Shown one piece after another: positions 11,951-23,187 of a stretch of 64,000 nucleotides of DNA (position 1 is its first letter; each line of letters begins with the position of its first letter). This stretch comes from an uncultured Acidobacteriota bacterium. GTDB taxonomy: Bacteria > Actinomycetota > Acidimicrobiia > Spongiisociales > ZC4RG35. The position numbers were made by a program, and so were the translations under genes. The stretch covers positions 288,001 through 352,000 of the forward strand of contig CAWHEU010000022.1 of NCBI GenBank assembly GCA_963828465.1, given 5' to 3'. Below the pieces are notes generated by a model, which worked only from the letters and a program-made list of their open reading frames with translations, was not told the DNA's origin and ran no database searches.

Positions 11951-12702
11951 TCACCCTCGGTTTGGTCGCCCGCCAGACGTCCGACCGCTACATATCCGAT
12001 GCCCTTCTCGGTGTCGTGGAAGGGCTTCTGGGCGAATGCTGCCGGGCGGAGAGCCAGTTCGACTGTTCGCCCCAACGCGGCCGGCGGCTGGAAGAATCGC
12101 CCGCTGCCCGCCGTGCCGACATCCTTGTCGAGTCTGCGCCGGGCCAGCACATTTCGCCCAGCCTCGAGCAGGTACCCGAGAGGCATGCCCCATGATTCGA
12201 TCGAGAGTGGCTCGAGCCCGGCGGATCGAAGCAGCGTGGCCATGCTGTCTCTCTCGTATCGGCGACAGTGGCCGGCCATCTCATCGCACGGCCCGAATCG
12301 ATCGGGATGGGCCGGGACGCTTATCAGGACATGGCCGCCGGGGTTGAGCCACCTGACCCAGCTTCGGAGCGTGGCCTGGTCATCCTCGATGTGCTCGAGC
12401 ACCTCGAATGCAACCAGCAAGTCGAAGCTGCGATCCGGCTCGTCGGGCACCGGCTCATTGCGGACGTCTCCCTTTCCGAGGCGGGCCAGACGCGCTGCAG
12501 CTTCGGCGTATGAGGTTGGATCGGGCTCGTAGCCCCGGTAGTCGAATCGACTGGCGAATCTCCAGGCCATCGCCCCCATGCCGCACCCCGCCTCCAGTAC
12601 CGACGAGGGCGCGATGCGCGTGAGCCAATTTTCGATCAGCGGAAGTCGCAAAGAGGCGCTGGGGCTCAAAGCCGGCGGACGGGTCTGTCCTTGGTCCGTC
12701 AC
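11947..12702 (-). CDS. Class I SAM-dependent methyltransferase
   Basis: VLEAGCGMG, FEVLEHIEDD, LNPGGHVLISVPAH; GTG start overlaps the upstream stop. Confidence 0.88.
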   Translation of the reverse strand: MTDQGQTRPPALSPSASLRLPLIENWLTRIAPSSVLEAGCGMGAMAWRFASRFDYRGYEPDPTSYAEAAARLARLGKGDVRNEPVPDEPDRSFDLLVAFEVLEHIEDDQATLRSWVRWLNPGGHVLISVPAHPDRFGPCDEMAGHCRRYERDSMATLLRSAGLEPLSIESWGMPLGYLLEAGRNVLARRRLDKDVGTAGSGRFFQPPAALGRTVELALRPAAFAQKPFHDTEKGIGYVAVGRLAGDQTEGE

Positions 12703-13619
12703 TCGATGGTCGCCGGCATCACGTCGTGTGGCCGCTTGTTCAACTGGACCAGCATGTCCGCAACCATTCCGATGAGGGCAAGAGCGAAGGCGACACCAAG
12801 GATCACGATTGTGTTCGTGGCGACCCTGAAGTCCTTGTCGACGAGGTCGTACACGAGTTTCCCCACGCCGACGATCGTTAGGAGGGCGGCTGGAGGGCCG
12901 AAGATCCGCATCGGTTCCCACATCAAGGTGAGCCTCAGCACTTGGAGGAGATAGCGCTTCGTGTCTTTCCACCAATGGAACTTCGATTCCCCGGCCCGTG
13001 GGGCGTAGTCGATCGGGATGTACTTGATGGAATAGCCGTTGGAGAGAAAGGCCATGGTGATGGTGGTCACGCAGGAGAACCCGCGGGGGAGCAGATGTAG
13101 GAACTGAAGGGCAACGTCCCGGCGAAAGGCCCGGAATCCGGAGTTGAGGTCCGGGATGCGGACTCCGGACAGATACGACGCAAGTTTTCGAATCAGCCAT
13201 TTGGCCGGTCCGCGGAGCAGACGCACCGTTCCCTCCTCGCTGGTGCGTGCACCTACCACCTGGTCGTATCCTCCGAGTTGGTCGAGCAGGTCGGGGATGC
13301 TGTCGTTTGGGTAGGTCATGTCGACGTCGGTCCAGACGATGATCGAGCCGTGTGCCGACTGCGTCCCGTATTTGCGGGCCGACCCGCTGCCTCGATTGGT
13401 GCCGAACCTGAGCAGCCGGATTCCCTCGATGTCCTTCAGACGTTGCCCCGATCCGTCGGTGGAACCGTCATCGACGACCACGATCTCGTAGCTGTAATCC
13501 GATTCGTCCATCGTCTTGCGAATCCGGTCGATCTCCTCTTCGAGGTGGCCGAGCTCGTTGTAGACGGGAAGGACGATCGAGACATCGACACCGTCGGGCG
13601 TGTGGGTCTGATCTGGCAT
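12699..13619 (-). CDS. GT2 glycosyltransferase (polyprenol-phosphate sugar transferase-like, 2 C-terminal TMs)
   Basis: SIVLPVYNE, VVDDGSTDGS, TDVDMTYP, DLNSGFRAFRR. Confidence 0.9.
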   Translation of the reverse strand: MPDQTHTPDGVDVSIVLPVYNELGHLEEEIDRIRKTMDESDYSYEIVVVDDGSTDGSGQRLKDIEGIRLLRFGTNRGSGSARKYGTQSAHGSIIVWTDVDMTYPNDSIPDLLDQLGGYDQVVGARTSEEGTVRLLRGPAKWLIRKLASYLSGVRIPDLNSGFRAFRRDVALQFLHLLPRGFSCVTTITMAFLSNGYSIKYIPIDYAPRAGESKFHWWKDTKRYLLQVLRLTLMWEPMRIFGPPAALLTIVGVGKLVYDLVDKDFRVATNTIVILGVAFALALIGMVADMLVQLNKRPHDVMPATIE

Positions 13620-13729
13620 TTTCGGCGATTATGGCAGTGGTGGTCGCTAGTCGGGTCGTTCCGATTGGTGGAATTCGATCCGCAGTCCCGCAGCTGTCAC
13701 CCCGTGTGGTTGCCATATGATCCCGCCCC

Positions 13730-14416
13730 GTGCCCGACGACCTGACCACCCTTGTCCGACCCGAGTTCGTCCTGGTGGCGTGGGCGGCCGGACTGGCCCT
13801 GGTCTCGGGATCGGTGGCGCTGGCGCGCGTGGTTGGGCCTGGTTTCACCTGGCTGGTGGCATCCATCGCCGCCGCGATCGGTGTTGTCGGTGTCTTTGCC
13901 GAGGACTCGTGGTGGGCCAGATTCGGTCTGATTCTGTTGGCCCTCGCCCTGATCTGGGCTCGCAATCGCCAGATTTCCGGGATCCTCCAGGTCTTTGCGG
14001 GAGTGGCTCTGCTCATCCAGGCGTCGTCCGGTGGATGGGCTCCTGCGATATCGGCCGCCCTTGCCCTCGGCGGCGTGACGGGGGAGATGGCTCTCGGGCA
14101 CTGGTATCTGGTGGATCCGAGGTTGCCGAGATGGATGTTGAGGACACTGGCGATTGTGGGCATCGGCGGTCTCGCCGCCGACTCGACGGTGCTTGTCATC
14201 GCCGGGCTCCCGCCCGGAGGAGGCACTATCGCATTCTGGGTGCTCATGGCGACCTCGGTGGTGCTCATGGCCGCCGTGATCGGGTCGCTGCGATACCCTG
14301 CTTATGCGGGGGTCATGGCCGCCACCGGTTTGTCATATCTGGCGGTGCTAACCACGCTTGGGGGGATGTTCCTCGGCCGGGCGCTCGTCGCCGGCCTAGG
14401 CCCGTTTGCCAGCTGA
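13730..14416 (+). CDS. Hypothetical integral membrane protein
   Basis: About 7 TM segments; MALGHWYLVDPRLPR and VMAATGLSYLA look like conserved motifs; 9 nt upstream of pepA. Confidence 0.7.
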   Translation: MPDDLTTLVRPEFVLVAWAAGLALVSGSVALARVVGPGFTWLVASIAAAIGVVGVFAEDSWWARFGLILLALALIWARNRQISGILQVFAGVALLIQASSGGWAPAISAALALGGVTGEMALGHWYLVDPRLPRWMLRTLAIVGIGGLAADSTVLVIAGLPPGGGTIAFWVLMATSVVLMAAVIGSLRYPAYAGVMAATGLSYLAVLTTLGGMFLGRALVAGLGPFAS

Positions 14417-14425
14417 ACAGGAGAC

Positions 14426-15856
14426 ATGGTGGAGATAAGGAACGCACCCGAAGAGCTCGACCTGACCGATGCGACCTTGATCGTCGGCGTGCTGGCCGAG
14501 AACGAGCCCGCCCCCGGCGCCGAGGATGCGTACGCCTCCGCCGACCCGGCCCTCCTCGAACTGGCCAAGTTCGAGGGGAAGACCGGCCAGGTGCTCACCC
14601 TGCCCCATTCCGAGGCGAAGGCGGTCGTCTTCGTCGGTTTGGGGGAGGAGGCGAGTTTCGAGACGATCAGGAGCGGCATCGGGAACGCGGCGCGTGTGGT
14701 GAAAACTGGCCGCGCCGTCACAAACCTCAACCAGATCCCTGTCGAGGGCGCGACACGGGCCGTCGTCGAAGGGGCGGCCCTCGGTGGTTATCAGTTCCGT
14801 GCCTACAAGACCGAGGGGGAGGGCCTGTCCTTGGAGACCCTGGAGTTGGTCGATGGCGACGAGGAAGCCCTCGCCGAGACGGTGGTTACTACCGAGGCCA
14901 CCAACCTGGCCCGGGACTGGGTCAACACGCCTGCTCTGGACAAGGCACCCGAGGCACTTGCCGAAACCATCAGGGCTGCAGCCGAGAGCGCAGGCCTGTC
15001 GGTCGAGGTGTGGGATGAGGATCGGATCATCGACGAGAAGCTGGGCGCTCTGCTCGGAGTCGCTGCCGGCTCCGATCGGCCCCCCCGACTCGTCGTTGTC
15101 GAACACCAGCCGGAAGATGCATTCGCTCATCTCGGCCTGGTGGGGAAGGGCATCACTTTCGACTCCGGCGGCCTTTCCATCAAGACCGCCCAACACATGG
15201 AGGAGATGAAGGACGACATGTCTGGGGCCGCCGTTGTCATCGCGGCAACGATTGCGATCGCTCGCCTGGGGCTGCCGGTTCGGGTGACCACCGTGGTCCC
15301 GCTCACTGACAACGCCGTGGGCGGGAAAGCGACGAGACCTGGCGATGTCCTCAGGCCGGTGTCGGGGCCCACCATCGAGGTGCTCAACACCGATGCCGAG
15401 GGTCGATTGATTCTCGCCGATGGCCTGGGGGTGGTTCGTCGGTACGAACCCGATCTGATCATCGATGTGGCGACCCTGACCGGCGCCGCCCATGTGGCGC
15501 TCGGCGACAAGATCGCAGCGGTTTTCGGCTCGGATTCCGACGTGGCCGCGCAGGTCCTGGACGCCGCCTCCCGGGCGGGGGAGCATTTCTGGGAGATGCC
15601 CCTGTTCGAGGACTACAAGAAGTCGATGGAATCTGACATCGCCGATCTCAAGAACATCTCGGGCGGGCGATATGGCGGGGCGATCACCGCGGCGTTGTTT
15701 CTTTCGAGCTACGTCGATGGAGAAAGGTGGGCTCACCTCGACATTGCCGGGCCCGCCCGATCGAGGGAAACCTCCGGCGAGCACGTCAAGGGCGCCTCTG
15801 GCGTGGGAGTGCGGACCCTGGTCGAGTTGGCCCGGGCTATGGCCGCGCCCGCCTGA
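14426..15856 (+). CDS. pepA: Leucyl aminopeptidase (M17)
   Basis: VGKGITFDSGGLSIK, MKDDMSGAA, NTDAEGRLILAD, ATLTGA, WAHLDIAG. Confidence 0.95.
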   Translation: MVEIRNAPEELDLTDATLIVGVLAENEPAPGAEDAYASADPALLELAKFEGKTGQVLTLPHSEAKAVVFVGLGEEASFETIRSGIGNAARVVKTGRAVTNLNQIPVEGATRAVVEGAALGGYQFRAYKTEGEGLSLETLELVDGDEEALAETVVTTEATNLARDWVNTPALDKAPEALAETIRAAAESAGLSVEVWDEDRIIDEKLGALLGVAAGSDRPPRLVVVEHQPEDAFAHLGLVGKGITFDSGGLSIKTAQHMEEMKDDMSGAAVVIAATIAIARLGLPVRVTTVVPLTDNAVGGKATRPGDVLRPVSGPTIEVLNTDAEGRLILADGLGVVRRYEPDLIIDVATLTGAAHVALGDKIAAVFGSDSDVAAQVLDAASRAGEHFWEMPLFEDYKKSMESDIADLKNISGGRYGGAITAALFLSSYVDGERWAHLDIAGPARSRETSGEHVKGASGVGVRTLVELARAMAAPA

Positions 15857-15885
15857 ATCGCCCGCCGCTTTCTAGCATCTGTCCT

Positions 15886-17169
15886 GTGCGTAGACGTTTC
15901 CTGATCCGCTCCAGTCTGAGCGACCTCGTATCGCTGGGCGCCGCCATGGTTGTGGCGTCCCTCTACGTCTTCGGGACGGTCCTCCCGTGGAACTCGGTCG
16001 AAGGAGGCACACGAACGATCCCGATGGTGGTCTACCTGACACTGTCGATGATCCTGTTCTCTTTGCTCACCGCACAGATGTCCGGGCCGGGCGTCCCACG
16101 TCCCAGCTACGGCCGGATGTTCGCCATCTTCCTCGGCACCGGCGGGCTGACCGCCTTGCTGCTCCTCTTCAGCCGCGATTACTTCTCGAGGCTGTTCTTG
16201 ATCACCATCGCTGTGTCCTGGCTGGTGCTTGCCACCGCCCATCGCATGGTGAGACGCCGAAGGCCCTGGACCGAGCGAATCGCTCTCATCACCGGTGAGA
16301 AGCAGCTCGCCGAGGACCTGATCGACTCGCCTCATGCGGAAGTCGTCTGGGTGCTCGACCCCAAGTCGGAGAGCGTTCCCGACTTGCCGGAAAGAGATGT
16401 AACGATGGCAGTCGACCTGAAAGTCGTCCTCTCCGAGCGCGTCGCCCAGTTCCTGTCGTCATCGGATGTAGCGGGCTACACGATCCGTCCGTTCACATCG
16501 ACCTACGAGGAGCACACTGGCCGGGTTCCACTCGTACACCTGGCCGAAGGGTGGGAGATCTCGGCGCCTTTGCTCGAAGTGGCGCCCTGGCTCCCCGGCA
16601 AGAGAGCGGTCGAGACGCTTGCCACTGTCATCACGGCGCCTATTTGGGCCACTCTCAGCCTCATCGTGGCGGCCTATCTGCGCCTGTCATCGTCGGGCCC
16701 CGTGTTGTTTCGTCAGGAGAGGGTGGGGTTGGGAGGAGCCCCCTTCATCATGTACAAGTTCAGGACCATGGGCCATGACGCCGAGAAGGACGGGCCCAGC
16801 TTCGCCAGCGAGCGCGACCACCGGATCATCCGGGGTGGCAGGTTCCTGAGGAAGTCGCGACTCGACGAGATACCGCAACTCTTGAACGTGCTCCGGGGCG
16901 AGATGAGCCTGGTCGGCCCGCGTGCCGAGCAGGTCCCGTTCGCCGATGTCTTCCGCAATCAGATTCCCTTCTATGCCCATCGCCATCTGGTTCGTCCCGG
17001 AATCACGGGTTGGGCTCAGGTCAATTACGGGTATGCCGATGATCAAGCTGACACTGTCGAGAAGCTGACCTATGACCTCTACTACATCAAGCACATGTCC
17101 CCGGTGATGGATCTCCGCGTGCTCTGGAAGAGCGTCTGGACGGTCCTGACCGGGTTCGGCGCCCGTTGA
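15886..17169 (+). CDS. Priming polyprenyl-phosphate sugar-1-phosphate transferase
   Basis: FRQERVG, YKFRTM, FLRKSRLDEIPQLLNVLRGEMSLVGPR, RPGITGWAQVN, YDLYYIK. Confidence 0.93.
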   Translation: MRRRFLIRSSLSDLVSLGAAMVVASLYVFGTVLPWNSVEGGTRTIPMVVYLTLSMILFSLLTAQMSGPGVPRPSYGRMFAIFLGTGGLTALLLLFSRDYFSRLFLITIAVSWLVLATAHRMVRRRRPWTERIALITGEKQLAEDLIDSPHAEVVWVLDPKSESVPDLPERDVTMAVDLKVVLSERVAQFLSSSDVAGYTIRPFTSTYEEHTGRVPLVHLAEGWEISAPLLEVAPWLPGKRAVETLATVITAPIWATLSLIVAAYLRLSSSGPVLFRQERVGLGGAPFIMYKFRTMGHDAEKDGPSFASERDHRIIRGGRFLRKSRLDEIPQLLNVLRGEMSLVGPRAEQVPFADVFRNQIPFYAHRHLVRPGITGWAQVNYGYADDQADTVEKLTYDLYYIKHMSPVMDLRVLWKSVWTVLTGFGAR

Positions 17170-18401
17170 CCGCCCCTGTGATCGAGGCCAATCCGAGAGG
17201 TTTCCGAGCACCTGGCACCACCTTCATGGTGGCCGGAGGATTGATCGGAGCCATTGGCGCGTACATCTTCCAGGCTTACGGAGGCCGTCAGCTCGGCACC
17301 GAAGCCTTTGCTCCCGTCGCCCAGTTGTGGACGGTGTTCTTCATCATCGCCACGGTGCTGCTGGTCCCTGTGGAGCAATACATCACCCGCGAGGTGGCCG
17401 GGGGCCGAAAGGTGATACCGGGAGACTTGGTGCCGGCGATGACTGTTGCTGGGCTAGGGGCGGTCGTCGGCGGCGGGTTCGTGTTCTTCACCCAGGACCG
17501 GCTGTTTGCCGGGACGTCGCAATACGTGATTCAGATCGTGCTCCTCATGGTCGGATACGGATTGCTCGTCGTGGGCAAGGGCGTCTACGCCGGCCGTCGG
17601 CAGTTCGCCAAGGTGGGGTGGGTCCTGATCGTCGAGAGTGTGGTGCGACTGGCAGCGGGCATCGTCGCCATCCAACTCGCCGGCTCCGCGGAGTCCTTGG
17701 GCTGGGCGATGGTGCTCGGTGGATTCTCGATCCTCGGGATGGGCTGGTGGCGTTACGACGAGGGACATATCCGCCCCCCGGCTGCGAAACCCACTCGCTT
17801 CCTCGGCGGTTATGTCGGCGGCACCGCCGCATCGCAAGTCCTGCTGGGAGCTGCGCCTGTCGCCGTCGCCCTGCTCGGGGGCGATCAGGCGATCCAATCC
17901 GTCGTGTTCGCCACGTTCACTCTGTTCCGCGCCCCGCTGACCCTGATCTTCTCACTCCAGGGCCGGGTACTTCCTTATCTGGTGGGAATGGCAGATTCCG
18001 GAGACCGCAAGGGTCTCGCCCAGATTGCCCGGCTCGTAGTGATCGGTGGGGTGGTTCTTGCCGGTCTGGGCGCCCTGGTTGGTTGGCTGGTCGGGCCGGA
18101 GGTCGTCAGCCTTCTCTTCGAACCCGATTTCGCTCCGTCTTCGACGATGGCCGCCCTAACCGCCGCTGGTGTGACGGCGGCGGCCACGGCCCAGATCGCC
18201 GGTCAGGTCCTGGTGGCCGAAGGACGAACGTCTCGACTGTCCATCGCCTGGATCGCCGGCCTCGTCACCGCAGTGCTGGCGCTTGTGCTCCTCGGGGGTG
18301 CTCCCGACGTTCGGGTTGCTCTCGCCTTCCTCATCGGTGAGACGGTTGCCTTGGTGGCGATGGCTTTCCTCTCCACCGGTGGCCCGATTCTCAAGTCGTA
18401 A
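17166..18401 (+). CDS. Polysaccharide flippase (Wzx/MOP-like) membrane protein
   Basis: About 12 TM segments, VEQYITRE motif, 4-nt overlap with the priming transferase. Confidence 0.7.
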   Translation: MTAPVIEANPRGFRAPGTTFMVAGGLIGAIGAYIFQAYGGRQLGTEAFAPVAQLWTVFFIIATVLLVPVEQYITREVAGGRKVIPGDLVPAMTVAGLGAVVGGGFVFFTQDRLFAGTSQYVIQIVLLMVGYGLLVVGKGVYAGRRQFAKVGWVLIVESVVRLAAGIVAIQLAGSAESLGWAMVLGGFSILGMGWWRYDEGHIRPPAAKPTRFLGGYVGGTAASQVLLGAAPVAVALLGGDQAIQSVVFATFTLFRAPLTLIFSLQGRVLPYLVGMADSGDRKGLAQIARLVVIGGVVLAGLGALVGWLVGPEVVSLLFEPDFAPSSTMAALTAAGVTAAATAQIAGQVLVAEGRTSRLSIAWIAGLVTAVLALVLLGGAPDVRVALAFLIGETVALVAMAFLSTGGPILKS

Positions 18402-18804
18402 TCCATCTCGAGTGCTCGGCCCCGAGGCTGGGTGGGAATCTCCATCGCATCTCCACCGGTACCACAGGGATGTGATCGAACACCACCAGCCCCGATGTCT
18501 CGGCCTTGACCAGGCCGACCCGAAGCAAGATCGGGAGGGTCCTGGGCAGCCGCACCCCCTCCCCCTTCTCGGCCGCCCGAACCAGGCGAAGCAGCTCGGC
18601 AACGGCGCTCGAGCCGATTGCGGCCACCCAGAACCGCCTGACATAGGGGTCCGAAGGCTCGAACCCACCGCGACGAGGCTCCAGCCGGACCGGGACCACC
18701 GGCCGGACCCTCGCCGTCGGCCGGACCGAAGCGCCCGGAGGCCCCACGGTGCGCAGATGCGGAGGACGAGCAGTCTGGCCACCCCCGGACACTTCGGTTC
18801 TCAT
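18391..18804 (-). CDS. Hypothetical protein, possibly winged-helix-like
   Basis: YVRRFWVAAIGSSAVAELLRL...IPVVP...FPPSLGAEHSRW reads as real protein, unlike the overlapping frames. Confidence 0.6.
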   Translation of the reverse strand: MRTEVSGGGQTARPPHLRTVGPPGASVRPTARVRPVVPVRLEPRRGGFEPSDPYVRRFWVAAIGSSAVAELLRLVRAAEKGEGVRLPRTLPILLRVGLVKAETSGLVVFDHIPVVPVEMRWRFPPSLGAEHSRWITT

Positions 18805-18931
18805 CCATTGAGATCTACCAGGGACTGTTAAACAACGTCAAGGGTCATAAACGCGAGTCGCGAAACAATTGCTCGGAGAAGCCCGGACAGGCGGAGGCGC
18901 ACAGGCCGTGCTGGCCGACCTAAGAACGGAC

Positions 18932-21532
18932 TCAGTCGTTGTCGGGCGGCGCGGTGGTCGTGGGGGACTCGGGTGGCGGCGGAGGCTCTTCCTCGAGCAC
19001 TCCGACAAGGGCCAGGACGTCGACCGCGCCCTGGACTTCGGTAGCCGGTGGTGGGTTGGTGGTGACGATGCGACCGACCAGCGCCGGGTCCGTGGTCCCG
19101 ATGTTCTCCTGGATGAGATTCACCCTGACTCCGGTGTCGTCTTCGAACGAGCGAACGATCTCGAGGGCCTCATCGAATGTCAGGCCGCTGAGGTTGGGCA
19201 GGGCACCGATGGGGATCTCACCGGTGGAGACGAAGATGGTGACAAACGAGCCCTGCCGCACCGTCGACCCGCCGCCTGGCGACTGGTTGACCACGATGCC
19301 TTCTGGCTCCAGCGACGGCACCTCTTCGACCGATGCATTGAGCTTGGCCTGGCGCAGCTCGGCTTCGGCGTCATCCTCGGAGAGCCCAACCACGTCGGGC
19401 ACAGTCGTTGGCGGCGGCACCAGCCACTTGTTGATGTTGCCCGGCTCCGGTGGAAAGTCGGTGACGGGAAGCCCGTCATGCACGTAGGTCATGAACTCAG
19501 CCCAGATCGGCGCCGGCACCGATCCACCGAACACCCGGTCGTAGTGCTGGCCGTTGATCACAACGTTCTCGAGCGGCACCTGTTGCGCCTCGTAACCAAC
19601 CCAGACCGCAGTGCTGAATTCAGGGGTGTAGCCCACATACCAGGCATCGAGGTAGGCCTGGTGGGTGCCGGTCTTGCCACCCTGAGGGATGCCGATGTTG
19701 GCCCGGGGGGCAGTGCCCGAAACCGGAACCACCTGCAGTGCCCGGTTGGCTGCGGCGAAGATGGCCGGGTCGGCGACCTGAGTGGTTTCCGGCTTGTGCT
19801 CGTAGACGGTTTCTCCGGCGCCATTGACGATCTTGGCGACTACGTAGTCGTCGGCGTGCATCCCGTATGTGGCGAAGTTCGAGTAGGCGTTCGCCATTTC
19901 CTTGGTGCTCACCGCCGAGCTGCCCAGGACGATGGAGAGCACGGGGTCGAGCGCCGACTCGTCGATGCCCATGCGCTTGGCGACGTCCACGACCTTCTCC
20001 GGTCCGACCTCGAGAGACAACTGAGCGTAGACGGCATTCACGGAGTTGTAGGTGGCCTCGGCCAGGTCGATGACCCCGAAGGAGGCGCCGGCGTTGCGAA
20101 CGGTCCAAATGTTGGAACCGTTGGGGGCACACGGGAACGGGCACTCGATCTTGATGGGGCTCTTACCGCTCCAACTGTGGCCCATGGTGAAGCCATTCTC
20201 CAGCGCCGCGATGAGACCGAACGGCTTGAAAGACGATCCTGGGTTCCTGCGGCCCTGCACCGCGAGGTCGAACTGGGAGAACTCGAACGGAAGGCCGGAA
20301 GCCATGACCTTCACCGCGCCGCTCCAGTTGTCGGTCATCGTCATAGCCCCGGTCGGTACGCATGAATGGGTTTCGGCGTAACGGGCGAGGAAGTCATCGG
20401 TCTCTTCGGGGAGGATTTCACGGCACTTGGCAAGGTTCTCCTCGTAGGGCGGCAAGGGGAGCCAGGTAGCCAGGATCTCATTGGCCTTCTGCTGCAACTC
20501 GAGGTCGATAGTGGTGAAGACCTGGAGACCGCCTCCGCCTTCGCAGGCGACGTCGTCGGCGGGACACCCGAATACTGCCTTCTTCCGCTCTTCGGGTGAA
20601 TCGCCCAGGAAGTCGAACTCAGGGTCGTTGAGCAACTGCCGCTTGACCTCGGCGACGACGTGGTCGGCTTGGCCCCGTCGCAGGGGAGCCTCGATGACAC
20701 CGATGGGTTCATCCGATGCGGCATTGGCCTGCGCCTCGGTTACCCACCCGTTCTCCTGCATCTCACGGATTACCTCGTCACGTCGATCCAGGGTCAGCTC
20801 GGGGCGATTGCGCGGGTTGTAAAGGGACGGGTTGCGGACCATGACGGCCAGAGTCGCCGATTCGGCGACACTGAGCTTGTCCATCGGCTTGTTGAAGAAC
20901 TCCTCGGCTGCGGTCTTGACCCCGTAAGCCCCGGCACCGAAGTACACCGAGTTCATGTAGAACTCGAGAATCCGCTCCTTGGGGAACCGGCGTTCTACCT
21001 CGGCGGAGACGAAAGCCTCGGTGATCTTGCGCTGGATGCTCACTTCGGTCCCGACGAAGGCGTTCTTGACGACCTGCTGGGTGATGGTCGAGCCGCCACG
21101 AGTGCGGTCGGTGATCAGGTTGTCGATTGCTGCGGAGACGATGGCCGAGAAGTCGATGCCCTCGTGCTCGAAGAATTCGCTGTCTTCGGCGGCGAGGATC
21201 GCATAGACCAGATTTTCGGGGACGTCCTTGTAGGCCACCGGCTCGGAGTTGCGACCGTCATGGAGTTCCGCCAGGACCTCACCCGAGTCGGCGTAGATCC
21301 GGCTGACACGGCTCAGGTCGGGAAGAGTGAGCTCCATCGACTTGGTGTCGGGCACCCATTCGTTCTTGACGCCCTCGAAGGTGCCGTATGCCGAGTTGGC
21401 GCCGAGAAATGCGAAGAGCCCCACCCATCCGGAGAGGAGCAGGGAGATCGATATGAGCGTGGCAAGGGCGCCGAACCATCGGCCGCGCCGTTCCCGCGCC
21501 TCGATTTGGTGGATCAGCGCTTTTCTGGCCAT
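18932..21532 (-). CDS. Class A penicillin-binding protein (transglycosylase + transpeptidase + PASTA repeats)
   Basis: [38 protein letters not shown]; C-terminal VPDVVG and LPNLSG PASTA-like units. Confidence 0.95.
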   Translation of the reverse strand: MARKALIHQIEARERRGRWFGALATLISISLLLSGWVGLFAFLGANSAYGTFEGVKNEWVPDTKSMELTLPDLSRVSRIYADSGEVLAELHDGRNSEPVAYKDVPENLVYAILAAEDSEFFEHEGIDFSAIVSAAIDNLITDRTRGGSTITQQVVKNAFVGTEVSIQRKITEAFVSAEVERRFPKERILEFYMNSVYFGAGAYGVKTAAEEFFNKPMDKLSVAESATLAVMVRNPSLYNPRNRPELTLDRRDEVIREMQENGWVTEAQANAASDEPIGVIEAPLRRGQADHVVAEVKRQLLNDPEFDFLGDSPEERKKAVFGCPADDVACEGGGGLQVFTTIDLELQQKANEILATWLPLPPYEENLAKCREILPEETDDFLARYAETHSCVPTGAMTMTDNWSGAVKVMASGLPFEFSQFDLAVQGRRNPGSSFKPFGLIAALENGFTMGHSWSGKSPIKIECPFPCAPNGSNIWTVRNAGASFGVIDLAEATYNSVNAVYAQLSLEVGPEKVVDVAKRMGIDESALDPVLSIVLGSSAVSTKEMANAYSNFATYGMHADDYVVAKIVNGAGETVYEHKPETTQVADPAIFAAANRALQVVPVSGTAPRANIGIPQGGKTGTHQAYLDAWYVGYTPEFSTAVWVGYEAQQVPLENVVINGQHYDRVFGGSVPAPIWAEFMTYVHDGLPVTDFPPEPGNINKWLVPPPTTVPDVVGLSEDDAEAELRQAKLNASVEEVPSLEPEGIVVNQSPGGGSTVRQGSFVTIFVSTGEIPIGALPNLSGLTFDEALEIVRSFEDDTGVRVNLIQENIGTTDPALVGRIVTTNPPPATEVQGAVDVLALVGVLEEEPPPPPESPTTTAPPDND

Positions 21533-21609
21533 TGAGAGAGATGGACGTTGTTGAGGTCCTGGGAGTTCCCCACCTACACCGAAGGGAACGATGCAAGGAT
21601 ACCCGGTAC

Positions 21610-23172
<1,563 letters not shown>

Positions 23173-23187
23173 AGGAGCGGGAATGAG

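Noticed and set aside
13695-13721. Third PafBC-like promoter (TGTCAC...TATGAT)
   Set aside because: The spacer is 15 nt rather than 10.
21533-21609. Cobalamin riboswitch before the mutase
   Set aside because: The region is 77 nt with only a 6-bp GTTCCC/GGGAAC stem; too short and no B12 box.
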